Shown here: piece by piece, positions 1-10,236 of the stretch
How the letters are laid out: each line of letters starts with the position of its first letter
How positions within the stretch are numbered: the first letter of the stretch is position 1
Assembly (NCBI GenBank): GCA_965197645.1
Contig: OZ240219.1
Location: 2,752,001 to 2,816,000, forward strand
Length of the DNA: 64,000 nucleotides
Direction of reading: 5' to 3'
Origin: Dehalococcoidia bacterium
Lineage (GTDB): Bacteria > Chloroflexota > Dehalococcoidia > Plut-88900
Position numbers and translations under genes: made by a program
Notes under the pieces: model-generated
What the model was told of the DNA's origin: nothing
Database searches by the model: none
Seen by the model: the letters and a program-made list of their open reading frames with translations, nothing else

Positions 1-714
1 CGAGTAGTGGGTTATCGTAACCGTGTCGGTGGCCAGCTTTTGTGCCACCGCGTGTCCCATCAGGTCCATCACCTTGTTGATCAGGGACTTGTGGGGCATC
101 GACAGCTCCAGGGGTACGTTGGCTATCCGGCCGGCCAGCGTTCTGACCTCGTTTTCGAGATCGTCAGCCGGGACGGCCTTGAGGATGAGCCCGATCTTCT
201 CGGCCGTGGTCCCGTCGAAGGGGTCCCCGGTCATCATCAAGCGCTTGGCCCACTGAGGCCCCACCAGGTAGGTCCACATGTGGTTCACCACCGACTCGAT
301 GCCCCGAACGTCCGGCGTTCCGAAGGTGGCGTCCTCGGCGGCTATGACTATGTCGCAGGAAAGGGCCAGGTCGGTGCCGCCGGCCAGGCAGTAACCGTGG
401 ACCTGGGCGATGATGGGTTTGCTAAGGTGCCACAGCCGGTTCCACTGGGAGGTGATATGGCGATAGGATAGCAGGTTGGAGGCCAAGTCTTCTTTGCTGC
501 CGTCCCTGGGGGTGATATCGTATCCCGCCGACCAGGCCCTGCCCGCGCCCCTCAGAATCACCACGCTTACGTCGTTGTCCCCGGCGGCCTCTTCTGCCGC
601 GTCCACGATATCGTCGATGAGTCCGGCGCTCAGCGCGTTCAGCTTATCGGGCCGGTTCATCGTGACAGTGGCTATTTTGCCGTCTTTTTCATACAGTACG
701 TTCTCGTAGGCCAT
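1..714 (-). CDS. Enoyl-CoA hydratase/isomerase family protein (3' end outside window)
   Basis: Manual translation from ATG 714: MAYENVLYEKDGKIATVTMNRPDKLNAL...GAGRAWSAGYD...KPIIAQVHGYCLAGG; frame open to the window edge. Confidence 0.9.
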   Translation of the reverse strand, partial: MAYENVLYEKDGKIATVTMNRPDKLNALSAGLIDDIVDAAEEAAGDNDVSVVILRGAGRAWSAGYDITPRDGSKEDLASNLLSYRHITSQWNRLWHLSKPIIAQVHGYCLAGGTDLALSCDIVIAAEDATFGTPDVRGIESVVNHMWTYLVGPQWAKRLMMTGDPFDGTTAEKIGLILKAVPADDLENEVRTLAGRIANVPLELSMPHKSLINKVMDLMGHAVAQKLATDTVTITHYS

Positions 715-875
715 TACTTACCTCTCCAGTCTATGTCCTCTTTTGGGCCACCCGACGATACTAGCCGCTCCAGGGCATGTCAACACCAACTGCCAGCAAG
801 CCGATCTGCTCCAACCTCCTCAGCGCCTTCGATATTGATACAATGCTGACGGGCATATAGAAAGGCCCCAATCAA

Positions 876-2123
876 GTGCGACGATACCTCTACTGCCATT
901 TCCTGCTCCTCTTTGCCGGTCTCATATTTGCCGCCTGCGGTCAGGGTGAAGTCGAACCGGCCCCACCGGGCACGTCACCCTCGGTTACGTCAACTCCAGA
1001 ACCAGAGGAGGCCGCTCCCACCCCCTTGGGGCCCCAGCCCCTGCAGGAGCTGAGTCTGGAGCGCGCCTTCGCCGGAACGACTTTCCGGCGGCCGACGAAC
1101 CTGGTCCAACCCGACGACGGACAGAACAGTATCTTGGTCACCGAGCAAGCGGGGATCATCAGCGCTTTCTCCACCGATCAGGAGGCCGTGAGCGCCCAAA
1201 TCTTCCTAGATATCACAGACCGAGTGACACAGGCAGGCAACGAAGAGGGCCTGCTGGGCCTGGCTTTCGACTCCAACTACAAAGATAACGGCTACTTTTA
1301 TGTCTATTACTCGGCCCTCGGATCCCACCTATCGGTGATATCGCGCTTTTCACTAGACTCCAACGGTACCGGCCGCGCCGATCCGGATACCGAGCTGGTG
1401 ATCCTGCAGATACCCCAGCCCTTTACCAATCACAACGGCGGCCAGCTCACCTTTGGGCCGGACGGATACCTGTACATCGGGCTCGGAGATGGTGGTGGCG
1501 GCGGCGACCCCGGGGGCCACGGCCAGAATACAGAGACGCTGCTGGGCGCCATCCTCCGCATCGACGTCTCCGAATCCACGACCGATAATCCTTATCAAGT
1601 ACCGCCGGACAACCCCTTTGCCGGGGTGGATGGATTTAGAGACGAGATCTGGGCTTACGGGCTCCGCAACCCGTGGCGGTTCTCCTTCGACCCCGTAAAT
1701 GGCTCTCTGTGGGTTGCCGACGTAGGACAGAACAAGTGGGAGGAGATAGACCTGGTTGAGAGGGGTCGGAACTACGGCTGGAACATCATGGAGGCCGAAA
1801 GCTGTTTCTCTCCCAGCTCCGGCTGCGATAAATCGGGCCTGGATCTGCCGGTGTTGGCCTACGGCCACGATGAGGGATGCTCGATAACCGGCGGCTACGT
1901 GTACCGAGGCTCGGCGCTGCCGTCCCTTCAGGGCGCCTACGTCTACGGAGATTACTGCTCGGGCAAGATCTGGGGGCTGAGGTATGACGGCAATTCCGTA
2001 ACCGAGCACAAGCTCCTGGTTGACTCCGATCTGCGCATCGCCTCCTTCGGCGTGGACCTGGCGGGCAATCTGTACGTCCTGTCCCTCAACGACGGCATAC
2101 ACATCCTCGTTCCCGCCGAGTAA
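876..2123 (+). CDS. PQQ-dependent glucose/sorbosone dehydrogenase family lipoprotein
   Basis: Lipobox FAAC; NHNGGQLTFGPDGYLYIGLGDGG and YGLRNPWRFSFD motifs. Confidence 0.9.
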   Translation: MRRYLYCHFLLLFAGLIFAACGQGEVEPAPPGTSPSVTSTPEPEEAAPTPLGPQPLQELSLERAFAGTTFRRPTNLVQPDDGQNSILVTEQAGIISAFSTDQEAVSAQIFLDITDRVTQAGNEEGLLGLAFDSNYKDNGYFYVYYSALGSHLSVISRFSLDSNGTGRADPDTELVILQIPQPFTNHNGGQLTFGPDGYLYIGLGDGGGGGDPGGHGQNTETLLGAILRIDVSESTTDNPYQVPPDNPFAGVDGFRDEIWAYGLRNPWRFSFDPVNGSLWVADVGQNKWEEIDLVERGRNYGWNIMEAESCFSPSSGCDKSGLDLPVLAYGHDEGCSITGGYVYRGSALPSLQGAYVYGDYCSGKIWGLRYDGNSVTEHKLLVDSDLRIASFGVDLAGNLYVLSLNDGIHILVPAE

Positions 2124-2175
2124 TCAGGTGCATTTCCCTATATACTGAGGCCGGTCCGTTAGACGAGGGAGCAGC

Positions 2176-3789
2176 ATGCCCGAAATGACCGGCGGCCAAG
2201 CCCTGGTCCGCTCCATTTACCAAGAGGGTGTCCGGGTGATCTTCGGGCTGCCCGGCGTACAGCTGTACCATGCCCTGGACCCCATCACCGACTATCCCGA
2301 CCTCCGTTTCATTACCACCCGGCACGAGCAGGCCACCACCTACATGGCCGACGGCTACGCCCGTGCCTCTGGGGATATCGGCGCATCGATGATGGTGCCG
2401 GGTCCGGGACTGCAGAACGCCTCGGCGGGGATCGGCAACGCCTACGCCGCCTCGTCCCCGGTCCTCGTCATAGCGGGCCAGATCAACCGCGACCACATCG
2501 GCAAGGACATCGGTATCCTCCACGAGATCAACGACCAGCTTGACACCGTCAGGTCGATAACCAAGTGGAGCGCTCGCGTTCTGGACGCCAGGGATATCCC
2601 CGGCGCCATCCACGAGTGTTTCGTGCAGCTTCGCACGGGCCGGCCCAGGCCGGTGGAGATAGAGATTCCGCCCGAAACCCTGGCCGAGGCAGCCGACGTG
2701 GAGCTGCCCGAGCCGGGCGTGTTTCCTCCCGCTCCCGTCGATGCCGGCGCTGTTCAGGACGCCATCGATCTCCTGTCCAACGCTGAGAGGCCCGTCATCT
2801 GGGCCGGCGGCGGCGTGCACTCCTCCGGCGCCTGGCAGGAGCTGCTGAGCGTGGCGGAACATCTGCAGGCGCCAGTGATCACCACGGCCGAGGGCAGGGG
2901 CGCCATATCCGATCGTCACTACCTGTCGATAGGGGTCACGCGGGGCCGGTCAACGGGACAGGTGATGGACTCGCTGCGGGAGTACTTCACGACCTGCGAC
3001 GTTGTCCTCGCCGTGGGCACCAGGTTCGCCACGGCCGAGTCGCCCGCATCGCAGAAGGTAGTGCAGATCGACGTAGATGAGGACGAGATTGGGCGGAACC
3101 ATTCAAACACCATGGGCATATTGGGCGACGCCAAGGTTGCCCTGGCACAGCTGGGGGCGGCACTACGCAGCTCGATTAAACCCCGACCATCGGTCCGAGA
3201 TGTGACGGAAGCGATTCGGGCTGACCGCCTTGACCCCAATAAGCAGATAGAATCGCTGGGGTCCTACGTTCGGGTGTTGAGAGAAGTCATGCCCGACGAT
3301 GGGGTGCTGGTGCCGGACATGACCCAGGTCGGTTACTACTCCAGGGCCTACTATCCGGTCTACGAACCCAGGACATACTTCACCTCCTCCTACGCCGGGA
3401 ACCTGGGGTTCGCCTATCCCACGGCCCTTGGGGTCAAGGTTGCGAAGCCGGATGTCCCCGTCGTATCGATATCGGGAGACGGCGGCTTTCTATTCAACTC
3501 CCAGGAGATGTCGACCGCTGCCCAGTACAAGATTGGGGCTATCGCCATCGTCTTCAACGACAACGCCTACGGCAACGTCCTCAGGGACCAGAAGACTAGT
3601 TTCGATGGCCGGACGGTGGGTGCGGAGCTTCAGAACCCGGACTTTGTCAGGCTGGCGGAAGCCTATGGGATAACGGGTGTTCTGGCGAGAGGTCCAGAGA
3701 AGCTGGGCGCAGCCCTGCGCCAGGCGATAGACCGGGATGAACCAGCCCTCATCGAGGTCCCCTTGGGACCGATGCCCTCGCCCTTCTAG
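2176..3789 (+). CDS. Thiamine diphosphate-dependent enzyme (acetolactate synthase-like)
   Basis: FGLPG, RHEQ...MADGYAR, GDGGF...N ThDP motif. Confidence 0.9.
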   Translation: MPEMTGGQALVRSIYQEGVRVIFGLPGVQLYHALDPITDYPDLRFITTRHEQATTYMADGYARASGDIGASMMVPGPGLQNASAGIGNAYAASSPVLVIAGQINRDHIGKDIGILHEINDQLDTVRSITKWSARVLDARDIPGAIHECFVQLRTGRPRPVEIEIPPETLAEAADVELPEPGVFPPAPVDAGAVQDAIDLLSNAERPVIWAGGGVHSSGAWQELLSVAEHLQAPVITTAEGRGAISDRHYLSIGVTRGRSTGQVMDSLREYFTTCDVVLAVGTRFATAESPASQKVVQIDVDEDEIGRNHSNTMGILGDAKVALAQLGAALRSSIKPRPSVRDVTEAIRADRLDPNKQIESLGSYVRVLREVMPDDGVLVPDMTQVGYYSRAYYPVYEPRTYFTSSYAGNLGFAYPTALGVKVAKPDVPVVSISGDGGFLFNSQEMSTAAQYKIGAIAIVFNDNAYGNVLRDQKTSFDGRTVGAELQNPDFVRLAEAYGITGVLARGPEKLGAALRQAIDRDEPALIEVPLGPMPSPF

Positions 3790-3790
3790 C

Positions 3791-5323
3791 CTACTTGTTC
3801 CGGTCCTTCAGGATGGCCATCGCCGCGTTGTGCCCCGGCGCGCCGGTGATCTCTCCACCGGGATGAGTGCCCGAGCCGCATAGATACAGGTTGTCCACCG
3901 GAGATCTGTGTGCCGGACGGCGGGAAAAGTACTGGCTGGGGATCATGTCCAGGTGCCTGATGTTGCCATCGGTCATGCCCGTGTGGGTCTGAATGTCCTG
4001 GGGTGTCTGCAATGTCCAGTCCAGCAGGATGTCGCGGAAGTTGGGGGCGTACTGGCTGAAGGTCTCGATCAGATTCTCCGCCACCTCCCGGCCGGCCTCC
4101 TCCCAGGAACCGTCTTTGATCTCGGCCGGATAGTACAGAGTCCAGCTGGACATCACGTGCATCCCACGGGGCGTCAGCGTCGGATCCCAGATAGAGGGGA
4201 TCTGGACGTGCATAATCGGGTGCATGGAAGGTCTGCCGGCCTTGCAGGCGTCCCAGCTGGCCTGAAAGTAGTCGACGCTGGGAATTATCTTGGTGTAGGT
4301 TGCCCGTTTCGGATCGTACCCATCGCCAAGGTAGCGGGAGAAGTCGGGCAGCTCTTTGAGCGCGGCCAGGAACTTCACCGGGTTGGCCTGGGTCCTCAGG
4401 CTCTTGATATGCCCGATGAAATCGGAGTCCAGGTCCGACGAGTCGATGAGGGATAGGTAGGTGGTCTTGGGGTCGGCGTTCGAGATCACTATGTCGCTGC
4501 GCAGCTCTTCCCCACCCGCCAGCCTGACCCCCTGGGCGACTCCACCGTCTATCAAGACCCGCTCCACCTTGGCATCCGTCCTGACGTCGACGCCCTGGGC
4601 CTGGGCAGACCTGGTGACGGCCTCGGCGACCTTGCTCATCCCGCCCACCGGGATGCCGAAGTACTCTTCCTTGTTGAAGCGGCCTATCCACGAGATGGCG
4701 CAGGCCGATAGCATACTGCCGGGAGCGCTGATGTCTCCCATGTCCTGCGCGTTGGCGAACACCGCCTTCACCCTCTCGTCCTCGAAGTACCGGTCCAGCA
4801 GGTCTCTAACGGAGACCGTCAGCATCGTCTCCCACACCTCCTCGTCCCGGGTCCCTCGCACCGACTCGCTGATCTCGGCGTAGGTTGGAGGTTCAGTGAG
4901 GAAGTAGCGGTGGAGTATGCCCCCGGCCCGCTCCCAGAGCGATGTCCATTCCCCGAAAGCCTGCGCGTCGTGCTCCGAGTATCGGCGGATCTCCTCCTGG
5001 GTCTTCCGATCGTCCCGCCAGAGGCTCAGATGGGAGCCGTCCGGGAAGGGATGAAAGCTGGCAGGATCGTAGCTGTACACCCCGTAGCCGTAGTCCTGCA
5101 GCTTCAGGTCCTCGATTATCTTGCCCTGGAATACGTGACAGACGTAGGGGCAGTAAGGAGCGGTGAATCCGGGCGAGATCTCCTCGCTTACTATCGCTCC
5201 GCCGGTCCGGGGCAACCGGTCCAGCACCAGCACTGAGAGACCGCCCCGGGCCAGGTAGTTGGCGCAGATCAGGCCGTTGTGTCCGGCCCCGATGATGATG
5301 GCGTCGTAGCGTTTGTCTGACAT
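3791..5323 (-). CDS. Phytoene dehydrogenase-like FAD oxidoreductase
   Basis: IGAGHNGL FAD motif; C-terminal LYLCGSGTHPGGEITGAPGHNAA. Confidence 0.88.
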   Translation of the reverse strand: MSDKRYDAIIIGAGHNGLICANYLARGGLSVLVLDRLPRTGGAIVSEEISPGFTAPYCPYVCHVFQGKIIEDLKLQDYGYGVYSYDPASFHPFPDGSHLSLWRDDRKTQEEIRRYSEHDAQAFGEWTSLWERAGGILHRYFLTEPPTYAEISESVRGTRDEEVWETMLTVSVRDLLDRYFEDERVKAVFANAQDMGDISAPGSMLSACAISWIGRFNKEEYFGIPVGGMSKVAEAVTRSAQAQGVDVRTDAKVERVLIDGGVAQGVRLAGGEELRSDIVISNADPKTTYLSLIDSSDLDSDFIGHIKSLRTQANPVKFLAALKELPDFSRYLGDGYDPKRATYTKIIPSVDYFQASWDACKAGRPSMHPIMHVQIPSIWDPTLTPRGMHVMSSWTLYYPAEIKDGSWEEAGREVAENLIETFSQYAPNFRDILLDWTLQTPQDIQTHTGMTDGNIRHLDMIPSQYFSRRPAHRSPVDNLYLCGSGTHPGGEITGAPGHNAAMAILKDRNK

Positions 5324-5334
5324 GGCTCGCTCAC

Positions 5335-6501
5335 CTAGGTGTTGTAGGCTCCATCCTGCCAGCCCCAGGACTCTCGCCAGGATCCGTCAAGGCCGTCGAA
5401 GCGGCTGAGCTTGAGCCCCGAGATATCGAAGGAGCACTTGCCTTCGGTTACCAGCTGGGTCACGGCGATCCCGGTGGCCGGGCACAGCCCGTACCCGTGG
5501 GCCGATGCGGTGACCAGCACAAACCCGTCCGGATCGTCCAGCCTATCGATGATGGGGTACTGGTCCGGCGCCTGCTCCACGATGCCCGCCCAGCTCCGAA
5601 GCACCGGCGTGTTCTCGACGCCCGGCAGCAGCTCGGCCAGCCTGCGGGCTATGTTGCGAATGAGGGGTGTGGTGGGCTTGGAGGGCTCGCTTTCCAGGTC
5701 CACCTCGGTCCACTCGTGTGCGCCGCCTCCGAAGATCAGGTTGCCCCGCAGCGTCTGGCGCCCGTACAGCCCATTGCCGGCCAACGCTATCCCAAATCTA
5801 GGCTCGAGGGGGACGGTGCAGATTATCTCCACCCTTGCAGGGGCTACCGGCACCTTCACACCGACCATCTCTGCGATGAGGGCAGTTTGCGGACCGGTGG
5901 CGCATACCACGGTCTCTGTGCTTATGGGCCCCTCCGTCGTATCCACGGATGTAATTTTGCCCTGCTCCATGTTGATACCCGTAACTGCCGTCCTCTCCCT
6001 CAACCTGCCTCCCCTGTCCAGGAACGCCCAACCGTAGGCCTGTACGGTGCGCTGGGTGTTGCCGTGGCCTCCGTTGGGCAAGAGGGCGCCGCCCAGGGCC
6101 TTTTCCGAGATGCCGGGTATCATGTCCTGCACCTGCAGAGCATCTATCATCTCCGCCTTTACGCCGAAATCGGATGCCTCGGACTTTTCCTCGTAGATGT
6201 GGCCCATCTCCTCCTCGGACATGCCGACGTGAAGCCGTCCTTCGTGGACGAACTCTACGGGATAGCCCAGCTCCTCCTCCAGGGTCGGCCATAGCTTCAG
6301 CGACTCGATGGCGATGGGCACGACGGGCGGCTCTCCGATTCGTTCGCTGATCATACCGCCGTTCCTGCCCGAAGCCTCGGACCCCACTGTCCCCTTCTCC
6401 ACCACCACTACGTCCAGGCCAGCCTTGGCGAGATAATAGGCTGAGCTGAGGCCCGATACGCCTCCTCCAACGACCACGACGTCTGCGCTATGGTTAGCCA
6501 T
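5335..6501 (-). CDS. FAD-dependent oxidoreductase, D-amino acid/sarcosine oxidase beta (HcnC-like) family
   Basis: VGGGVSGL, ASGRNGG, HGYGLCPATG; start moved to ATG 6501 (MANHSAD). Confidence 0.88.
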   Translation of the reverse strand: MANHSADVVVVGGGVSGLSSAYYLAKAGLDVVVVEKGTVGSEASGRNGGMISERIGEPPVVPIAIESLKLWPTLEEELGYPVEFVHEGRLHVGMSEEEMGHIYEEKSEASDFGVKAEMIDALQVQDMIPGISEKALGGALLPNGGHGNTQRTVQAYGWAFLDRGGRLRERTAVTGINMEQGKITSVDTTEGPISTETVVCATGPQTALIAEMVGVKVPVAPARVEIICTVPLEPRFGIALAGNGLYGRQTLRGNLIFGGGAHEWTEVDLESEPSKPTTPLIRNIARRLAELLPGVENTPVLRSWAGIVEQAPDQYPIIDRLDDPDGFVLVTASAHGYGLCPATGIAVTQLVTEGKCSFDISGLKLSRFDGLDGSWRESWGWQDGAYNT

Positions 6502-6515
6502 CTTCCTTTCCCGCA

Positions 6516-8024
6516 TCAGCTTCCGCGGTGAAGCTGCTCCATCTGCTCTGTAGGGTATCGGAACCACTTGACCCAGTCTGAGCGTACCTGCTCCGTCTCG
6601 TCCTGAGGCCACATGACCTTCAGAGGTATAGGCCGCACCGGGGCGCGGTAAGAGGGCTGCGGTACCCGGGAGATGTCTTCTCCGGTGGAACGGGCCACCA
6701 GCATCGCCACCTCCTCCCGGCACCTCCTACCCTGGCAGTAGCCCATGCCCGCCCTGGTGACCCTCTTCAGCTGGTTGAGGTCCACGGGGCCGGCGGCATT
6801 CATCGTCTCCATGTTTCTGCGGTCCATCGGTTCCGAGGACCAGTGGAGATAGCCGGGCGGTGATGTATCGATCAGGTCCCTACGGCTGACCTCTTCGCAC
6901 TGGCAGATGGTAGGCTCCATGCCTCCCGCTGCTATGAGAGATGATAACCAGGAATCGACATATTGGGCTTGAGACTCGTCTGCAGGTACATAAACGGGTC
7001 CTGAACTCGATAGGCCCAGCGCTGCGGCGGAGGCCGCCACGCCCTGAGAGATAGCGATATCAGGCTTGGCGACCATGGCCTCGGTGAACCCGCCGCCGTC
7101 GCCGACCACGTACACGTTCTCGATACTGCTCCTCATGTGGCCGTCTCTATCCGGCGCCCAGCCGCCGTGCCCGGCGCGGTAGCTCAGGTCGCAGCCTGTG
7201 ACGTAGGGCAGCTCAACGTTGGGCACCAGGCCTATAGCGAGGCAGACGGTATCACAGTCGATCTCCCGAGCGGTCCCACCAATGGGTCGATGCTCCTCGT
7301 CCACACCGGTAATCACGATCGACTCCACTTCTCGATGGCCCTTGACCTGCACCACAGTATGAGAGACATAGAAGGGTACGCCCCGAGCTTCTATCTCGGA
7401 CCGCAGTGCATCCTCGCCTCGTACCTCGGGGGCCACGTCCACGATGGCGGCAACATCCATGCCGTTGTCCAACGCCAGTTTTGCGGTGGACAGCCCTAGG
7501 TCTCCGGAACCCAAGACCACAATACGTCGCGCCGTCAGGGACTGGTACCGGCTGACCAGCGATTCCACTGCGTTGGCCCCCATTACCCCAACCAGCTCGC
7601 GGCCGGGAAAGGCCAGCGCCAGGTCTCGGGTGCCGGGTGCCAGAATGAGCCGGTCGTATTCCAGCATCCAGGACCGCTCCGCATCGGCCAGGCCCAGAAC
7701 GGGACTATCCAGCTGGCGGCTGTTCTCCTGATTGCGGAAGCTCCCCCAAACTGAGACCCCAAGCTGCACGTCGACGCCATGCTCCTGGGCCTCGTTCAAA
7801 AGCTGGTTGGAAGCCACTACCCGCTGGAGCATCAGGCCCCTGTCCGAGACCGTGGGCATCATGCGCTGACCGTAGAGATAGGGGATGTCCATGCCCATCA
7901 TCGACAGGCTGATCGGGTTCTCATCGATCAGGACGGTGTGAGCACCGGCCCGAGCCGACTCTATCGCCGCCGACGCCCCCGCCCGCCCTCCACCAACCAC
8001 TACCAGCTCCGCTCTATCCATCAT
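6516..8024 (-). CDS. FAD/NAD(P)-dependent oxidoreductase with C-terminal BFD-like [2Fe-2S] domain (HcnB/opine oxidase-like)
   Basis: VGGGRAG; ICQCEEV...KRVTRAGMGYCQGRRC...RAPVRP; start at ATG 8024. Confidence 0.85.
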   Translation of the reverse strand: MMDRAELVVVGGGRAGASAAIESARAGAHTVLIDENPISLSMMGMDIPYLYGQRMMPTVSDRGLMLQRVVASNQLLNEAQEHGVDVQLGVSVWGSFRNQENSRQLDSPVLGLADAERSWMLEYDRLILAPGTRDLALAFPGRELVGVMGANAVESLVSRYQSLTARRIVVLGSGDLGLSTAKLALDNGMDVAAIVDVAPEVRGEDALRSEIEARGVPFYVSHTVVQVKGHREVESIVITGVDEEHRPIGGTAREIDCDTVCLAIGLVPNVELPYVTGCDLSYRAGHGGWAPDRDGHMRSSIENVYVVGDGGGFTEAMVAKPDIAISQGVAASAAALGLSSSGPVYVPADESQAQYVDSWLSSLIAAGGMEPTICQCEEVSRRDLIDTSPPGYLHWSSEPMDRRNMETMNAAGPVDLNQLKRVTRAGMGYCQGRRCREEVAMLVARSTGEDISRVPQPSYRAPVRPIPLKVMWPQDETEQVRSDWVKWFRYPTEQMEQLHRGS

Positions 8025-8037
8025 GCCCCCTTCGATA

Positions 8038-8481
8038 CTAGGAAGATGCTCTACTCGGTACTGAGAGGATGGCCTTCCCCCGGTCCAGGACCCTGTTGCC
8101 TTCCTGGTTTTCGATCCATAGCTCGCATTCCACCAGGGTCTCTTCCTTCTCGGTGCGCTTATCGGCCACCCGGCCCTTGCAGGTGAGATCGTCCCCCGAG
8201 AACACAAACCCGGTATACCGAAAGGCGAGCCGCTTCAGCATGGAGTCTATTCCCGTCCAGTCCAGCACTTGTTGGGCCAGAAAGGCGCCCATCTGCTGGC
8301 CGTCCAGGACCGGGGCTCGCATCCCTATGCTGCTGGCGTAGTCCCTATCGTGGTGGAGCTTGTGAAAGTCCCAGGTCGACGCCCCGTACATCATCATCGA
8401 TACCGAGTCGACGTGTTTCGACAATGAAGGTATCTCGTGCCCGACCTCTACATCCTCGAAGCACAACCCGTTTTCCCGCAT
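8038..8481 (-). CDS. MaoC-like hotdog-fold dehydratase
   Basis: FEDVEVG, STWDFHKLHHD; GDDLTCKGRV. Confidence 0.82.
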   Translation of the reverse strand: MRENGLCFEDVEVGHEIPSLSKHVDSVSMMMYGASTWDFHKLHHDRDYASSIGMRAPVLDGQQMGAFLAQQVLDWTGIDSMLKRLAFRYTGFVFSGDDLTCKGRVADKRTEKEETLVECELWIENQEGNRVLDRGKAILSVPSRASS

Positions 8482-8486
8482 CGGAG

Positions 8487-8984
8487 CTACTTCTCCTCCC
8501 GAAATCTGGCTATCATCGTCTCGTGATTGATGGCCAGCAGCTCCCCCCGCTGATTGGTGTAGGTAATATCGTATTCAAAGAAGTAGAGGGTGCCCGTGCT
8601 TCCCCTCTTTTCGTATACGTCGGTAGTCTTCCAGCGGGCCGTTAGAACGTCGTCAGGACGGAAGGGTTGGAAGAACTCGTAGTCGTTGGCGGCTCGTATC
8701 TCATTTCCGATGGAGAGCCGGTACTGCCGGGCCGGCCCCCCGTTTTCGTCCAGATCGCTCCCCTGATAGTAGATCGTTTCGCATACGAAGGTAGGGGGAG
8801 CGATTATCCCCCCGTAGCGGGTGTTCTTGGCGAACTCCTCATCGGAGTAGAGGGGGTTCTCGTCTCCAATGGCCTGGGCGAAGCACCGGATGGCCGCTCT
8901 GCCTACCTCCTCGGGAGCGGTTATATCCATCTCCCTGCCCAGCATTCTCTCCCGCAACTCAGATATGTCGGGTCTCTCAACCAT
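8487..8984 (-). CDS. MaoC/FAS1-like dehydratase N-terminal hotdog protein
   Basis: FAQAIGDENPLY...GIIAPPTF motif; start at ATG 8984. Confidence 0.85.
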   Translation of the reverse strand: MVERPDISELRERMLGREMDITAPEEVGRAAIRCFAQAIGDENPLYSDEEFAKNTRYGGIIAPPTFVCETIYYQGSDLDENGGPARQYRLSIGNEIRAANDYEFFQPFRPDDVLTARWKTTDVYEKRGSTGTLYFFEYDITYTNQRGELLAINHETMIARFREEK

Positions 8985-9088
8985 AGTTCGTTCTCGAGAA
9001 GAGGGCCAGCCGCGATCGGTACCGTCTGCATCTGCGACGAACAAAGCCGGGATGCAAAGGCCGACTTCCTCGGAGGGTCGGAGGCCTT

Positions 9089-10159
9089 CTAGGCCGCCCC
9101 AGCTTTTCGCATCGCTAGGCCGGCGATCAGGTACATGATCACGTAGACGATGACCCTGTAGGTCACTGCGGACCCGGGAGGTATGCAGATGAAGGACATG
9201 CCGGAGAGGCCCCGTTTGCCGATCTCGTGAGCGATTCTGATCACCTCATACTCGGTCAGGCCTATCGGCTCGGCCAGCTCTCCCAGGATGTCGCCGGACG
9301 CCGGCCCTGCGCCACCGAGAACGTCCATGTCGAAGTGGACGTAAACCCCGGAGGTCCCATCGTAGGCCCGGTCCAGCTCATTGACCACGCCCTCGATGCC
9401 CAGGCCGCTCCTGACCTCCCACGAGGAAATGAAGCGAGCGCCGTCGTTCAGGTACCTGCGGACCGTCTTCGCCTCCTCCAGCATGCCCCGCTCACCGATC
9501 TCCACCAGGTGCCTGGGGTGCATGTTCTCCATGAACTCGTACATCTTGTACTTCCAGCTCCCGCTGCCGGCAATCCGTGGATCGTTGGTGAGGAAGTCTA
9601 TCTCCTGGGAGTCCCAGTGGGTATCCAGGCTTATGCAGCCCACTTCGCCGCCGGTCCGCTCCGCGATGGGCTTGGCGATGGCGTACGATCCCAACGGTGA
9701 GTTCTGGCCGATCACGACGGGGACCGCGCCCACATCGATGCAGTGGCCCACCTTCTCCTCTACCGACGCCTGGGCTTTGAGAATGTTCTCGGGCGATTGG
9801 TCCGCCATCACCTCAGGCGGTATATCCGCGTCCCCGTAATCAACCAGCTTCAGGTGCTCGAAGACGTCCAGATCGAAGTCCTGGATGTACCCGGAGCGAT
9901 AGCGTATAGACTGCTGTCGCACCCGCTTAGGGGCTTCTATCCAGTGCTTCTTGTGCACACCGGCGTACTCTTCAGTCGAGGTGGCCACGTAGGGCGCCCC
10001 GATAACTACGACGTCCGCTCCCTTCAGCTCTTCCGGAGATCGTGCGATGGGCGCCGCCATAAACGAAGGCGTTTCTGGCGCAATCAGCGGCGCATCCCTG
10101 TCAGCGGCGAAGCTGGTCCTAAGAAACTCCTCCCAAGATGGATACTCCATAGAGCACAT
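9089..10159 (-). CDS. Arginase/agmatinase (ureohydrolase) family protein
   Basis: DYGD, DTHWD (DxHxD), HFDMDVL (DxD), EPIGL; start at ATG 10159. Confidence 0.82.
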   Translation of the reverse strand: MCSMEYPSWEEFLRTSFAADRDAPLIAPETPSFMAAPIARSPEELKGADVVVIGAPYVATSTEEYAGVHKKHWIEAPKRVRQQSIRYRSGYIQDFDLDVFEHLKLVDYGDADIPPEVMADQSPENILKAQASVEEKVGHCIDVGAVPVVIGQNSPLGSYAIAKPIAERTGGEVGCISLDTHWDSQEIDFLTNDPRIAGSGSWKYKMYEFMENMHPRHLVEIGERGMLEEAKTVRRYLNDGARFISSWEVRSGLGIEGVVNELDRAYDGTSGVYVHFDMDVLGGAGPASGDILGELAEPIGLTEYEVIRIAHEIGKRGLSGMSFICIPPGSAVTYRVIVYVIMYLIAGLAMRKAGAA

Positions 10160-10236
10160 GGCGCCCCCTTCCCTGAACTGTAGCCCAATTAAACCTTTGA
10201 GCGATTTCCTAGTCAAGAAGGATACAGCGTATCGAC

